Shown one piece after another: positions 13,502 through 29,409 of a stretch of 64,000 bases of DNA. This DNA is from Octopus sinensis (lineage: Eukaryota). The DNA lies in the NCBI RefSeq assembly GCF_006345805.1, contig NC_043005.1, forward strand, positions 80,600,001-80,664,000, written 5' to 3'. The position numbers and the translations under genes are program-made. The number at the start of each line of letters is the position of its first letter. Position 1 is the first letter of the stretch. The notes beneath the pieces are model-generated. The model had not been told where the DNA came from and searched no databases. It saw only the letters and a program-made list of their open reading frames with translations.

Positions 13502-13733
13502 AAGGCGGCGAGCTGGCAGAACCGTTAGCAGGCCAGGCGAAATGCGTAGCCGTTTTTCGTTTGCCGTTACGTTCTGAGTTCAAATTCCGCCGAGATCGAC
13601 TTTGCCTTTCATCCTTTCGGGGTCGATAAAATAAGTACCAGTTACGCACTGGGGTCGATGTAATCGACTTAATTCGTTTGTTTGTCCTTGTTTGTCCCTG
13701 CTATGTTTAGCCCCTTGTGGGTAATAAAGAAAC
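13502..13733 (+). mobile_element. SINE-A full-length copy
   Basis: Sequence match to family A. Confidence 0.9.
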
Positions 13734-14514
13734 ATATACAATAGTCCTGTATCCATTATACTAACAACTCCGTCTCTTTTTCCGTTTTATTGTCCATGAT
13801 GGTCTATTTTATCCAATGCATCCTACTTTTCCTTGAAAGGTTGTTTTTGAGGAAGATCTAATCCAAACCATAATTTAGGTTTCGTGTTAAACACTGGCAG
13901 GATTTCTACCCGTAAAATTAATGGTCGTCAAACAACTTAAAAAAAAAAATAACCGAAATTTTTCTGGAGATGAAAAGTTAGAAGTTAGCATTTCACTTTC
14001 GATGTAATTATTCCACTTAGATTGTAATACAGGACTCCAACACCCTAAACTCTTAACCATGTGCCTCCAACTGCTCGTAAGTATTTGAATATACATATTT
14101 GTAAGCGTATTCACATGAATTCGTATCGCAACTAGGTGAATGACACAGCTATACTGGAAGTGCAATCTATCCAAGAATGGTGAATTTCTACGCAATCTAT
14201 TATGGCTTTCATAATTTCTAAATCTTAAAACCGTCACATTTACATACCTAAATTTTATCTTCTAACATCAAAACAAGTGATGTATTAAAATTTATAGTTC
14301 ATCTTTCTGTAACCCTAGGTTAAACTGATAAAAGAAATTGCCGATGAATCGAAAAAGTATTGAATTATAGAGAAGGAAGTGGTGTAGTAAAAGTGAGACG
14401 AGAAGTGAGACAGAGATAAGACACATAAATGGATAAAGAGAAGCTAATAGAGAAAGTGGAAAGAGGCAGAGAGAAAGGATGGCATATAGGCAAATATATA
14501 GATTAAATAGACAA

Positions 14515-14545
<31 letters not shown>

Positions 14546-14573
14546 TATAGAGAGAGATAGATAGATAGATAGG

Positions 14574-14655
<82 letters not shown>

Positions 14656-15571
14656 TTTACAGAAGGTGGCATAGGGTGAAAGAGGGGAAAGAGAAGTACT
14701 TTGTATCTTCCAGAAAAGTCATGAAATACTTTTACTGAATTATTCCAGGCAAAAATAGTTTATAATTCCTATAAAACATCAAAGAATATAACGCTTGTGA
14801 CAAAAGGATTTCAAAATAATTATCAAGCATACGACATGATATCACTTTGCTAGTATCAATGAAGGAAATGTTTGAGGGAAGAGAAAGAAATCTACTATCT
14901 GATACAGGTATTTCAATATTATTAACACTAGAAGGTATAAAAGAACACTAAATGCACTTCAAACATACGATGGCCTATCCCATTAATAAATTCACATTTT
15001 TGCCAATTGCTGGAAAGAATGGTGACATATATGAAAGTAGAAGAAGAAGAAGAAGAAGAAACAGATTATTTTCGAAATTAGTTTTTCTCTTTTTATCAAA
15101 TATGGTATTCATACATTGTCGTATAAATGTCTATTTTAAAAGTCGTATTAAAGAAATATCGAACAAAACTCTGTGAGTGAGTGGATTTGGTAGACGGAAA
15201 CTGAAAGAATACTTTTGAATTATATATATATATATTCATATATATGTGGGGGGTGTACTGTCAATTCAACGAACAAACGATTCAAAAATCGAATACAAAA
15301 CGAAAAGAGAAAAAAGAGATAAAAAAAAGGTGAGGACGTGCGCCAGAATTATATTAGTTTGACGATCGGTGAAAGGAGAGAGTTTATGAACACATACACA
15401 GACAGACTCACGCATATGGATGTATATATATGTGTGTGTGTGTGTGTATCTAGGAAATATATAAAATTAAATGGATAGCTTATTAGCAATTTCAACGTAA
15501 AGTTATTGTGCACCGCTTCTTGTAATAACAAATATGTATGTATGTATTCTCTCTCTCTCTCTCTCTTTCTA

Positions 15572-15655
<84 letters not shown>

Positions 15656-15660
15656 ATTAT

Positions 15661-16093
15661 AGGCGTAGAGTGGCTGTGTGGTAAGTAGCTTGCTAACCAA
15701 CCACATGGTTCCGGGTACAGTCCCACTGCGTGGCATCTTGGGCAAGTGTCTTCTGCTATAGCCCCGGGCCGACCAATGCCTTGTGAGTGGATTTGGTAGA
15801 CGGAAACTGAAAGAAGCCTGTCGTATATATGTATATATATATATATGTATGCGTGTGTGTGTTTGTGTGTCTGTGTTTGTGTGTCTGTGTTTGTCCCCCT
15901 AGCATTGCTTGACAACCGATGCTGCTGTGTTTACGTCCCCGTCACTTAGCGGTTCGGCAAAAAGAGACCGATAGAATAAGTACCGGGCTTACAAAGAATA
16001 AATCCCGGGGTCGATTTGCTCGACTAAAAGGCGGTGCTCCAGCATGGCCGCAGTCAAATGACTGAAACAAGTAAAAGAGTAAAAGAGTAAAGA
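15661..16093 (+). mobile_element. tRNA-derived SINE family B with internal (TA)/(TG) microsatellite; full copies also at 29219-29637, 54238-54628 and 55683-56083, many partials
   Basis: A box TGGCTGTGTGG, B box GGTTCAGTCCC, CORE-like ccttgggcaagtgtcttct, tail ggtgctccagcatggccgcagtcaaatgactgaaacaagtaaaagag. Confidence 0.9.
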
Positions 16094-16375
16094 GTATGCT
16101 CAGAAACGGTGCATTGTACTGGAATTTTCGATTCGTGTCAAATATAACACACTACCTAAATCGTGCAAGTGGAGCCAGGATCGAGCAGTTTGTATAGGCG
16201 TCGATTCGTGTTAGTTGTAATAATGAATACTTTTGAAAGGATTTCACTGAGGAAGATTTACGTAATAGATGCACTTTCAGTTACATATTACGCAAACGTG
16301 AAGTGTACGCATTAAATGATATGAGAATATCTCCATACAATTTAACACCTTGATTACATCTATATTTGTGTCTGA

Positions 16376-16448
<73 letters not shown>

Positions 16449-17742
16449 CATATATATATACGACGGGCTTCTTTCAGTTTCCGTCTACCAAATCCACTTA
16501 CAAGGCTTTGGTCGTCCTTAGGTTATATCACAAGGAACTTGCCCAAGGTGCCACGCAGTGAGATTGAACCATATATATATATATATATACATACTTACAC
16601 ACACACACTTATATATGTACGTATATATATATATATATGTGTATATATATACAAAAAATATGTGAGTGTGGGCCGGGGAATACCACGATTTACGCCGATA
16701 GTTGGTTGCAAGGCATGCGACTCGAACATCGATGTAATACGAAAAAACATTTAAAACAATTTCTCAGCATTTACGTCTTAATAAATGGTCTGAGCATATT
16801 TTTACATGTATTTGAGTTTCCACTGTAGTTACAGTTCAATGATTTTATTTTATTTTTGATTTTTTGTTTGTTTCTTTTTTATATATCGTTATGCTTCTAA
16901 ACATTTCCACTGAGAGCGACGAGTAAGCCGACAGAAATTGAGGTTAATTTCTTATAAGAAAAAATACTGTGAAGTCAAAAAGGATGTCATTAGGAACTAC
17001 ATTGGTTGAGATGTGTCTGTATATATGTGTGTTTGTGTGTGATTTTTTGTGCGTATACCTGTGAGTATGTGTATGTGCTTGTGTTTGACCTCTCCCATAC
17101 AGCTTGATAATCGGTGTTGGTGTTTTTACGTACCCCACAACTTAGAGTTTCGACACAAGCGACCGATAAAATAAATACCAGACTATGTAAATAAAACAAC
17201 TATTTGGCTCAATTTTTTCAACCAAGACCCTTCAAAACGGTGCCTACCCCAGCATGGCCGTAGTCCAGTGACTGAAATAAGTTAAAGGCAAAAACGATAA
17301 ACAGAATATATTAAAAGAGTAGTGAGACTGAAAAAGTAGAGGCAGGCAAAGGCGAAGGTAATGTTGATGTATTCTGCTTGAAATGGTGATATTCGTGATA
17401 ATATGAAGCGACGAATCGTAAAATGAAAATAAAAGTGAAAGTAGATAAAACAATAAATATTGCACAGCTGTTTATTTTGTCACGTATAATAAGTATGTTA
17501 GATCAATACCGTTTATTAGCGACAATATTCAATATCCACATAAGGAATTAATTGATGTTATTCGGAAGAGGAAAAAATAAAAACACGATTAAATAGTAAT
17601 AATCTTTCTTTATGTGCTACTTAGGTTTAATTTAAAGATTTTCCAGCTGAACGCTAACACAAATATAGGCATAATAATAACATATAGTCATTTGGATAGA
17701 TGGTTCAGCAAATAAACAGGAGACGGACGGATATAAATATAA

Positions 17743-17782
<40 letters not shown>

Positions 17783-17848
17783 GTTATCGTATAGACTAGC
17801 AGAAGTGCTCGCGAAACAGTATATATATATATATATGTATGTATATAT

Positions 17849-17921
<73 letters not shown>

Positions 17922-18056
17922 CTGTGTGTGTCTGTGTGTGTATGTATGTGTGTGTGTATGGGTGTGTATGTATAGGTTATATATATATATATATGCACAT
18001 ATATATATATATTATATAATATGTGTGTGTGTGTATGTTTGTACGTTTGTATATAT

Positions 18057-19085
18057 TGGGCCCGCTCCTCTTTATAATTTACATAAACGACATTTCCAGC
18101 TTTGTAACTCACTGCAAAAGGAAAATATTTACTGATGACACTAAGCTCCAGAAAATTATCAATGAAGATGAAGAACGAACTCAACTCCAGTCTGATCTAT
18201 ATGCTGTCAGTCAATGGGCAGACAGAAACAAAATGCAACTGAACGAGGGAAAATTTGAGCTGATGCATTTTGGAAGAAAGTCCACACTAAAACAGCCATA
18301 CTCTCTTCATTCAGGGGAACCGCTCACGGCATCTAACAATAAGAGAGACCTGTGCGCAATTGTTGATAACAATCTCAGTTGAAGTACCCGCATCAACAAA
18401 TAAGGGCGATATAGCTCGTAGGATGAGCTCCTGGATCTTATGAACCTTCCGGTCCAGAGAAAAAGGTGTCATCATTCCACTTTTCTCCTCCTTTGTACGG
18501 CCACACCTCGAATACTGCTGCCCCTTGTGGACTCCTCATACAAAACAAAGCATCTTGAAAATTGAATCACCCCAATGGGCACTCACTAAACGAATTGAAG
18601 GCGTGACTGATCTCGATTACTGGGACCCCCTTAAAGCCTTGAAACTCTACTCCCTCCAGCTTCGCCGCGAGCGGTACATCATTTGAACGATATGGAGAAT
18701 ATACTGCCCGCATAGCTCAAACGACCTGAACATTAGTTTCAAGGTTCCTTTAAGGCTGGGACCACAGGGCCATACGTCCCCTGCCCAATTCAGGATCACA
18801 ATATATAGGTACACAGCGACACAATTTCTTTTTCTCAACAGACCCTGCCCAGTTTAACATTGTCCCAAAACGGATCAAAGAGGAAAAGAATCCTATGACC
18901 TTTAAACGTAGTCTGGACAGATTTCTTCAAGGGATACCAGACAAGCTACCCATACCTGGATACAACTCACTCAACAAGAACTCACTACTTAAATGGACTG
19001 TAAGCAAAACTTGACTTTAAAAGGATTTAGATAATTCTATCAGGTGGTGCTATTAAGTTAGACATGGCCTGGACTAATGTCTGGT
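18057..19085 (+). mobile_element. 5'-truncated CR1-type LINE (RT C-terminal part and 3' end)
   Basis: GPLLFIIYINDI...IFTDDTKL (YADD-equivalent)...NKMQLNEGKFELMHFG, then VRPHLEYCCPLW...LYSLQLRRER with stops and frameshifts. Confidence 0.9.
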
Positions 19086-19128
19086 CGAAATATATCTAAG
19101 TTTTATATATAATATGTATGTGTGTATG

Positions 19129-19179
<51 letters not shown>

Positions 19180-19660
19180 TATATATAAACACAAGTATTT
19201 ATGCACATAAAAATCAATATGTACAAAGACACATACAACAGAGATAAGATAGGCAGATAGATAGATTGAATGATTGATTGATTGATCGACTGTTCGATTA
19301 AATTCATTTGAAGACTTAATGATTGTTGTTCGGCAAATATCTTCGGTTTCTGATTTCTTGCCACCATAAATATCTACGAATTATATGCTGCTGTATCAGA
19401 AAGAACAGTAGGTCCTTCCAAGTTGACGAGTGAACTGAATGAGAGGAATAAGAAACACATATACACGTGATTGATGCGGTCTGTCACTAAACTTGATGAT
19501 CAGTCGACTTCATTGACTCTTACAAGCGATGTAAATACTTCTTGGTGGAAATTCTCCCTATTATCCTGGCATAAGGATTTGGGTAGAAGACTAGTGATTG
19601 CTCATGTAAGCGTGTGATCTTCATTGTAATCACCAACAGTATATGTGTACAAGCCACATA

Positions 19661-20836
19661 CAGGGCTTGGACAAAATAATGGAAACACTTTAGAATTTCA
19701 AACAAATAGGGGGTATAACCGCCTTTGCAGTAATTACAGCTTGAATTCTACAAGATATGGACTCGTACAAAGTTTGAACTGTTTCCAAAGTAATTTTTGC
19801 CCATTCTTTAGCGAAGACTGTCTCCAGTTCTTGTAGTGATGATGGTAGAGAATATCGACTTGTTTTTCTAAAATGTACCATAGTTGTTCAATAAGTTTGA
19901 GATCTGGGGACTGTGGTAGCCAGATAAGATGTTCAACTTCACTAGAATGTTCCTCGTGCCATTCAGTAACAACTTTAGCTCTGTGAATTGGTGCATTTTC
20001 ATCCTGAATGATTGCGTTTCCCTCCGGAAGCAGTTCCGCAATCATAGGATGAATTTTATTAGATAAAATCCTTAAATAGTCTTGACTATTAATTCTGCCA
20101 TGAAGGGAAACCACTGGGGCGGCGGAATACCAAGATACAGCCTCCTTCCCCGAGATCATCACAGATCTTCCTACATGTTTAACTGTTGGAAGAAGGCAGT
20201 CAGGGTCAAATGCTTCCTTTGGCTATCTTCACACATATACTCGGCCGGTGGTTAGAAGTATGGTAAAGGATGTCTCGTCTGAGAAAATACCATTCTTCTA
20301 CTGCTCTAGGGACCAATTCCCTACATTTTACTCCACTCTAAACGCTCTGCAATATTTGTTTTTGAAATTAGTGGTTTTCTGATTACAACCCTCCCGTGAA
20401 ATCCGGCTTTGTGCAGCTCTCTGTGAACAGTTTTTGTGGAAATTGGGTTCTCGAGGTGGTCATTAACCTCTGTAGTAATTTTGGGAGCTGTACTTTTGTG
20501 ATCTTTTCTAACAAGTCACGTAAGAGTTCGATGCTGCCTATCTGAAAGTTTTGGTTTTCTTCCGGAGTTTTGTATCCACGAGGATGTTTTCCCCTCTTTC
20601 TCACAGGCTGACAATTTGTCCTCTTTGGCTGTCCGATAGATCTGTTATTTTAATGAATTTTAATTACCTTCTTCTGATGATATCTGGAAAGAAATAGCAA
20701 TTTTAGCAAAACATATTAAGCAAAGCTAATAATAAATCAAAAAACATAAAAATAAACAAAATTTTGACGGTTTTATAGATACTTCATAATTATGATGCTA
20801 AGATGCTAGGTGTTTCCATTATTTTGCCCAACGCTG
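19661..20836 (-). mobile_element. Near full-length decayed Tc1-type transposon with DD36E spacing
   Basis: TIRs CAGGGCTTGGACAAAATAATGGAAACAC / GTGTTTCCATTATTTTGCCCAACGCTG with TA flanks. Transposase relics include FSDE, QDENAPIH and WLPQSPDLKLIEQLW; there are 36 residues between the second catalytic position and E. Confidence 0.88.
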
Positions 20837-22862
20837 TATATATTAGTGTTAGATTTAGGCAGAAGGCCAGCAAGTTCGGTTTTGTGGGTAAGCAGATTAC
20901 GATGACTCCCAATTTTCAATTGGTTCTTAATTTATCGATCTCGAAAATATTAAAGATAAAGTCGACTTCGGCAGAATTTCAATTCAGAACGTAAAGACGG
21001 ACAAAATGTCGCTAAGCATTTCCTCCGGCACTTTCCACTATAGGTACAAGGACTGAAATTTGAAGGGAAGTGGCTAGTGTATTACATTGATGCCAGTGTT
21101 TCACTGGTATTTAATTTATCGACTCCGAAATGATGAAAGACCAAGTCGACCTCGGCGTAAGTTGATCTAAGGACGCCAAGACGCACAAAATACCGCTAAG
21201 CATTTTGTCCTGCGTCCTATCCTGTTGTGCCATCTCGCTGCTGCCTTACATGGTAGAGATAATATTAATCCAAGAACATTGGGTAGTTCACCTCAGGTTC
21301 CGGTTCTTATAATTAGAGATTATAATCATAATTAGAGCTTGCAGTTAGAAATTCTGCTTCTGAAGTGTTTTCTGCTGCAGTCTTACTTTCTGAATGATTT
21401 TGTTTCCCATTGTTATCGAAATGTTGCTTCCTTCGTTGGTTATTTTCGCCGAGTTCCATTAAATATTTTACTGATACAGCAGAATCATCGCTTTTGTCGT
21501 TATCAAAAGCATTTTATGTCCTAGTAAATCATTTCTCACTAGGTAGATGATAAACTTATTTTTAGACGGATTGATGGTACACTACGTTCCATTCGTAGTC
21601 GGAATGAACGAAGAAGCCGTTCAAATTACTAGGAATAGCTGCAAAATTTCCTCATATTGAGACACCATCGCCTTAAAAAAGGAAGAAAAATATTGGAACA
21701 TGCAGCCCTTAGGTATAGAAAAATTATACTGGATGACTGCAGATAGAAAACCGTAATTTAGTGTTGGTTCTTATTGTTTGTTCCCAGGTCAATCCAGCTA
21801 GGACTGACTCGGAGGTAAACAATAAGGGCACTAAAAACAACAATAACAGGAACAATACTAGTTTGAATAAAATCTGTTATCTTTCATGGCAGACATCATG
21901 ATTAGCATTTCAAGTCTGAGGGTGTTAATATTATTGATGTTTTTGTGAGCCATGAATAAACAGTTATATGATGAAAGAGATTTCAAGCGTCACCATTCCA
22001 TAACAGTTTTGTCTGCTTCTTTTTTCTTTTTACCTTTTTTTTTTATCATGGACGACATTATTCAATATTCTCTTCAATGACGATAGGGTGTGATCTGAAA
22101 GATAATTTCTTTGCTTTTCTTCTCGAGCTTTCAGTCTTTCTTACTAAGTGTCATAGATTATACAGAGAAAGGTTTCACATATTCTTCTACACACCCAAAG
22201 TTAGCGCTACTGGCTATTGAACAGTCATTAATTATTCAGTGATTTCCTTTTGCCCCAGGTCAATTCTGATCCACTAGACACGAGATCAATGACATTTCAG
22301 TCTAAAAATCCCGCCATTTTTCTGTAGTCACGCAATGTGTTTAGAACTAGGTTATCTAACGTATACTTCCCTCTTTTAAGACAGTTATTTGTTACAGTCC
22401 TATTCCTAAAGTAGAAGTCCTTTTGTTGGCTCCTTGCTTTTATTGTTTTAGTCACTGGTTTTCATCAACCAAACAGAGCTATTATCAAAGGCGTTGCAGA
22501 CGTGACTATCACTCCTATTTGAACATTTGCAACAACTTTATACACCAAGTCCTTCCACTTACAAAAGAAAAAAAAATGAAGTGGTTATATTTGAGAAAGT
22601 TATGACTGTTGCAGCAGGGAGAAAAGCCACATCGACTCAGTGCTTTCGTTTTCCGAAAGCGATGATAAGGTAGCATAGGTGGGCTACTTGCAAACAGTTT
22701 GCTGGACTATTTCAGACAATATGATAAGAATTTTGATAACTAACGAAGCTTTGCTGTACAGCGGACAAGTACAATCTGTTTCGACCCTTTAGAATTGCAA
22801 TTTTTATAAAGTAAAACTTTTTTTATTATGTAGCTTGTTATTCTCTTCAAGTGAACATTTTT

Positions 22863-23144
22863 CTAGTTGAAATACATCGAAAAATGGTGACACAGCAGTC
22901 AAAAAGTCGTAAAAAATAGGGATTTTCATAGAAAAAAGGTCCTTTTGATGTAAATAATTTTTGGTGTTAACATAGTCTGATTTGAATTTTTTTCTCCTAC
23001 GAAAGGAAGAGCAAGCCTTCTTCTATCATACTCTCAAATTTAGTCAACCTGCGCTGCAGGGTCTCGGAGGAGATAGTGTTAGTTGAAGGCTACCAAACCT
23101 GCCATACACAGACAACTTCAGCTTTATCTTTATATATAGAGAGA
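22863..23144 (-). mobile_element. Helitron-like 5' portion
   Basis: Minus strand starts A|TCTCTCTATATATAAAG; no 3' hairpin found. Confidence 0.45.
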
Positions 23145-23565
23145 TATACGAAACTACTATCAACCCTGGTGGAATCATTTAAAATACATTGTTAAATATT
23201 ATACACGTGTTTTTTTTATTCTTAATTAATTATACAGCACTATCCTCGCTGTGTATTCATTTTGAGTATCGTTTTCAGAAGGTCTATGTAAATAAAGACA
23301 TAGATATATGCATACAAATATATATACACGTATACAGACATATGCATAACAGAGTGTCTCATAATGATGAGATACAATTCAAACGCGAGTAAGTCGGACT
23401 GAAACACTAAACGGGCATGTAATCATCATTTTGTAAAGTTGAAATATGGGTTTCGTCATTATCAGACTCAAAACACTCACTGATTTTTTTTCGATGGAGG
23501 TGAAAGTTAAGGTGTTGCACAACTCGTGTTTCACGCCATCGTAATCTTCATTCGGTACATATGTA

Positions 23566-23628
<63 letters not shown>

Positions 23629-23887
23629 CAGTTGGTAGATATTCGCACATACATATTAAACACGCATATATAGTTTCACACACCTTCATATCTATCTATC
23701 TATCCTTATATATGTGTGTGTGTATACGTATATATTGGTATATATGTATATATACGAATATATATATGTATATATGCATATATATATATATAGAGAGAGA
23801 GAGTGTGTGTGTATGTGAGTGAGAGATTGAGAGACAGACAGACAGATAGACAGATAGACAGATGGATGGATGGATGAATAGATAGAT

Positions 23888-25301
<1,414 letters not shown>

Positions 25302-25421
25302 TATGTGTGTGTGTGTGTGTGTGTGTATCTATGTATGTATGCATATATATGTGTATGTATATATATATATGTATATGTGTGTATGTCTCTATGTACGTAT
25401 ATATATATGCATATGTGTATA

Positions 25422-25475
<54 letters not shown>

Positions 25476-25596
25476 TAGCAGTATCGCCCGGCGTTGCTCG
25501 GGTTTGTAAGGGAAATAACTATGTACGTATATATATATGTGCATATGTGTATGTGTATATATATATATAATATATATATATATAATATAATATATA

Positions 25597-25991
25597 CTAG
25601 CAGTATCGCCCGGCGTTGCTCGGGTTTGTAAGGGAAATAACTATATAAGCATTTCAGAGATGTAAAGTATAATAGCCATCTCAATATGGCTAACCACAAA
25701 GGGGGTGGTGTTACTGTAGCTTTTTACGTTCTGAGAGTTAATAATAAATTTTTAGAGAGTTACTTCCCTTATATATGCCAAAAATGCATTAAAATGGGAA
25801 AAATTGATGGTAATTTTTTTTTTAAATCGTAGACTCATCGTCGACGCGCGCTAATACCCAGAAGGGCTCGATATGAACACGACTACAAGATACCCGGTTT
25901 TGGTTAAACTTGCACCGCAAAATGTGGGAGTAGTTAGGAATCTAAATCGTAGGAGACAGACAGCACACAACCTCTCTTTTATATATAAAGA
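25597..25991 (-). mobile_element. Non-autonomous Helitron (395 bp) plus an extra copy of its 3' end at 25475-25522
   Basis: Minus strand begins A|TCTTTATATATAAAAGAG and ends CCCGAGCAACGCCGGG (hairpin) CGATACTG CTAG|T; no TSD. Confidence 0.8.
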
Positions 25992-27099
25992 TATATATAT
26001 ACATATATATATATATATAATACATATATTTATACAAAATATATATGCATATACATATTTGTGCGTATGTTTGGGTGTATATGTACGTTGTGTGCGTGTG
26101 TATTTGTATCTGGTATATTTAAATGTTATTTGTATGTGTTTGATGGTATTTGTTAGAAAGTGCTGATTGATGGTTGAGAAAATTTCCGTATCAAATACTT
26201 TTGGAAGCGAAAAGAGAGAGAAAAAAATGAAATTATTCCTCAAAGTTAGGGTTGAAGAATAACATAAGAAAGGAGGAGGATGGGGAGAGAAAGAGGATGA
26301 GGAAATAAAAAGAAACAAAACTGAAAGAAATTAAGTTAAATACGAGTCCATGTATATTTTCTGAACAAATGTTTATATAAAATTGTGTATGTGCGTGCGT
26401 GTGTGTTTGTGTGTGTGTGTGGTGTGTGTGTGTGTGTCTATGTGTGTCTCTGTGTGTGTGTCTGTGTGTGTCTGTGTGTGTGTGTGAGAGTGAAGGTCCT
26501 ATTTGCGTGTGCTTCGAGTGTATATCTTTGCGTTTGCCATATCTGTATATCTATGAAGATTTTCATGCGTCTGAGCAGTTAAGGGTGGGTATTCGCTGCT
26601 TTTTATTGCTGTTTTCTTTCTTTCTTTCTTTCAGTTTTGCCTTCACATAAGAAAATGGAAAAGAAGGAAAGATATCCAAACGAGAAAAGAAGGAAAAGAA
26701 ACAATGAAATAAACAGTAGAAAATAGATTCTTAATTTCGCTGGAAGGAATAAAGAAGAACGCTAAGGAAATATGCATGTGTCTCAAGGCAGCTTAGCTCG
26801 ACAAGATGGCGTTTTTCTGTTTGTTTTTTCGTTACGTTATTTTAGCATTCCACTTAAAGCTGCAATACAATTTTGACTGTTATCAACACAAATAGAGAAC
26901 TAGCAAAATATATCTCAAAGCCAGCCTTTCAGCATTTTTAATTGTCTCGGGAGTACAGTCTTATTAACTCAAATTGGTTATCAAAAGGACTCGAGAATTG
27001 AGATAGTTAGAACGCCAAATTTTCTTAAAATTGTCGCTTGTCTCTTAAGGCGAAAAGATTTTCATAGCTACGAATAACGAATTTTCACTCTTCTTTTGT

Positions 27100-27329
27100 T
27101 GTTTCGGATATTGTTGTTTTTGTTGTTGCTGTTTTCGTTGTCGTTGTTGTTGGTGTTGTTGGTGTTGTTGTTGTTGTTGCGTCGGTGGTGCTGGTGAAAG
27201 CAGTTTTTTTTGTTTTGTTTTCTTATTCTGATTATTGATTATTACTTAATGGTGATGATGATGGCTATAATGATAACGGTGGCAATGCTTTTAGCAGTAG
27301 CAGCAGCGGCAGCAGCAGCAGCAGCAGTA

Positions 27330-27401
<72 letters not shown>

Positions 27402-27712
27402 ATGGTGTTAGTATGGACCACGATGATGATGGTGATGGTGATTATTGTGGCGATGGTGATTGCGATGGTGGTGATGGTGATGGTTGTGGTCGTGGCCTGC
27501 TGCTGTTGTTGCTCATGTTGTTGTTGGTGGATACCAGAGCAGGTTGAACATTTTTAATGCTACCCAGTTAGAGAGGTGACGTTGGACTGTGCTGATAGCA
27601 ATGGTACTGACCACTGCAGTAACAAAGACAAGGTCGGACCTAATAACAGTGGTGTTATTGACGTCAGTGGCAGTGACGTCGTCCTCGGTTATAGTAGTAA
27701 CAGCAGCTGCGT

Positions 27713-27770
<58 letters not shown>

Positions 27771-28200
27771 CAGGGATTGCTGATGGAAGTGTTGGTGTTG
27801 GTGGTGATAGAGAAGATAGCGCTGACAGTTTGTGATAGAGGGGTAGTGGCTTTTCGTCGAAATGTTGTTTGGAGCAGAAGCAGCGGAACTAGTGGTGGTT
27901 GTGGTGATAGTAGTAGCAGTATTAGTAGTAGTAGTAGTTGTTGTTGTTCTTTTTGTCATTGTTCATGATGCAATTGTGGTATTGATTGCGGTTGTTGTAT
28001 TGATAGTGATGGTGGTAGTGGTGATATGACTGAGAGAGTGGGGGTGGTAATAATACGTGATTTTAAAAGTAGTGTTGGTGGTAATGACAAATAAGATAGT
28101 GGTGATAGTTTGTTGTAGGCTAACGTTGTTGTTGTTAGTAGTAGTAGTAGTAGTTGTTGTTTTTGTTGTTCTTGCTGTTTTTATTGTTGTTGTTAGTTGT
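27100..28200. repeat. Compound trinucleotide low-complexity region (GTT, GAT, GCA, ATT, AGT)
   Basis: Direct inspection; source of the poly-V/T/S ORFs. Confidence 0.9.
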
Positions 28201-29364
28201 GTAATTTTGTGGAGTGAGGGGATACTAAATCATTCTTTTATTACTTGTTTACTTTCTTTCTCTAGTATGAAAGTATTATTAGCAAAGTGTTTGATAAATA
28301 CAATGGCCTGGAGATGATACATTGAAATTAAATGTTGTTTTCTGGGTAATTGGCAAAATAAATCGAGTGAATGTAAAACAAAATGTATAATAGTAAAAAT
28401 AAATAAGAAAGTTTGTAAAATAAGATTTAAATATCATAATTTGATTAAATCTTGTTTCATTCTCATTCATGAGTTTATTTAGAAAAAATATATTGCGATT
28501 TGATGGACAAGATCTGTATGAACAGAGAGTTGATAGAGAGAATGGTTAGGATTTAACCGAGAGTTTGAAGGTACGGGTCTTGTCTTCCGCGATTTTTCGG
28601 TGAAACATCTAAGAAACATGTGGTATTTAGAAGCTCAGATCGTTTGGCTGTTTGTAGGTACCAAATTTTAAAAGTACTTATCACTGTAAATAAAAATAAT
28701 CTGGTCTAAATTACCCACTTAGATTCTATCAGTAAGTTGAGCTGCTAGAAATAGTAGGCAAAGCCATTCAAATCTCACCCGAAAATCCAACAAATATAGT
28801 TGATATGTATTGGATAATCTGAGTAAAGTGCATATAAGTTTGTGTGTGTTAAAATATAGTGTGTGTGTCTGTGTTAGTACATATATGGAAGAATGTGTAC
28901 GTATTCATACGTATGTAAGTAATTATGTATAAAAGTCTCCCGACTATATGATTCCAGTTCAGTCCCACTGCGTGACACCTTGGGTCAACGTCTTCTGCTC
29001 TAGCCTTAGGTTGACCAAAGCCTTGTACGTGAATTTGATCTATAGCAACTGAAAGAAAAGCCATCCTCTGTGTGTGTGTATGTGTTTATATCTGCGTTTC
29101 TTTCCAACCACCACTTGACAATCTGTGTTGGTGTGTTTACGTCTACGTAACTTAACAGATCGGCAAAAGAGGGTACCTACAGAATAAGTACCAGGCTTTA
29201 AAAAAAAATAAACACCATAGGCGTAGAATTGGCTGTGTGGTAAGTAGCTTGCTTACCAACCATATGGTTCGGTCCCACTGCATGGCACCTTGGGCTACTA
29301 TAGCCTCGGGCCGACCAAAGCCTTGAGAGTGATTTTGGTAGACGGAAACTAAAAGAAGCCCGTC

Positions 29365-29409
<45 letters not shown>

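Noticed and set aside
22450-22680. Plus-strand polypyrimidine acceptor followed by coding-looking sequence
   Set aside because: Stops in all frames unless frameshifted, and no recognisable family.
27210-27968. Poly-Thr/Ser/Val ORFs resembling mucins
   Set aside because: Compound trinucleotide repeats open in several frames on both strands.
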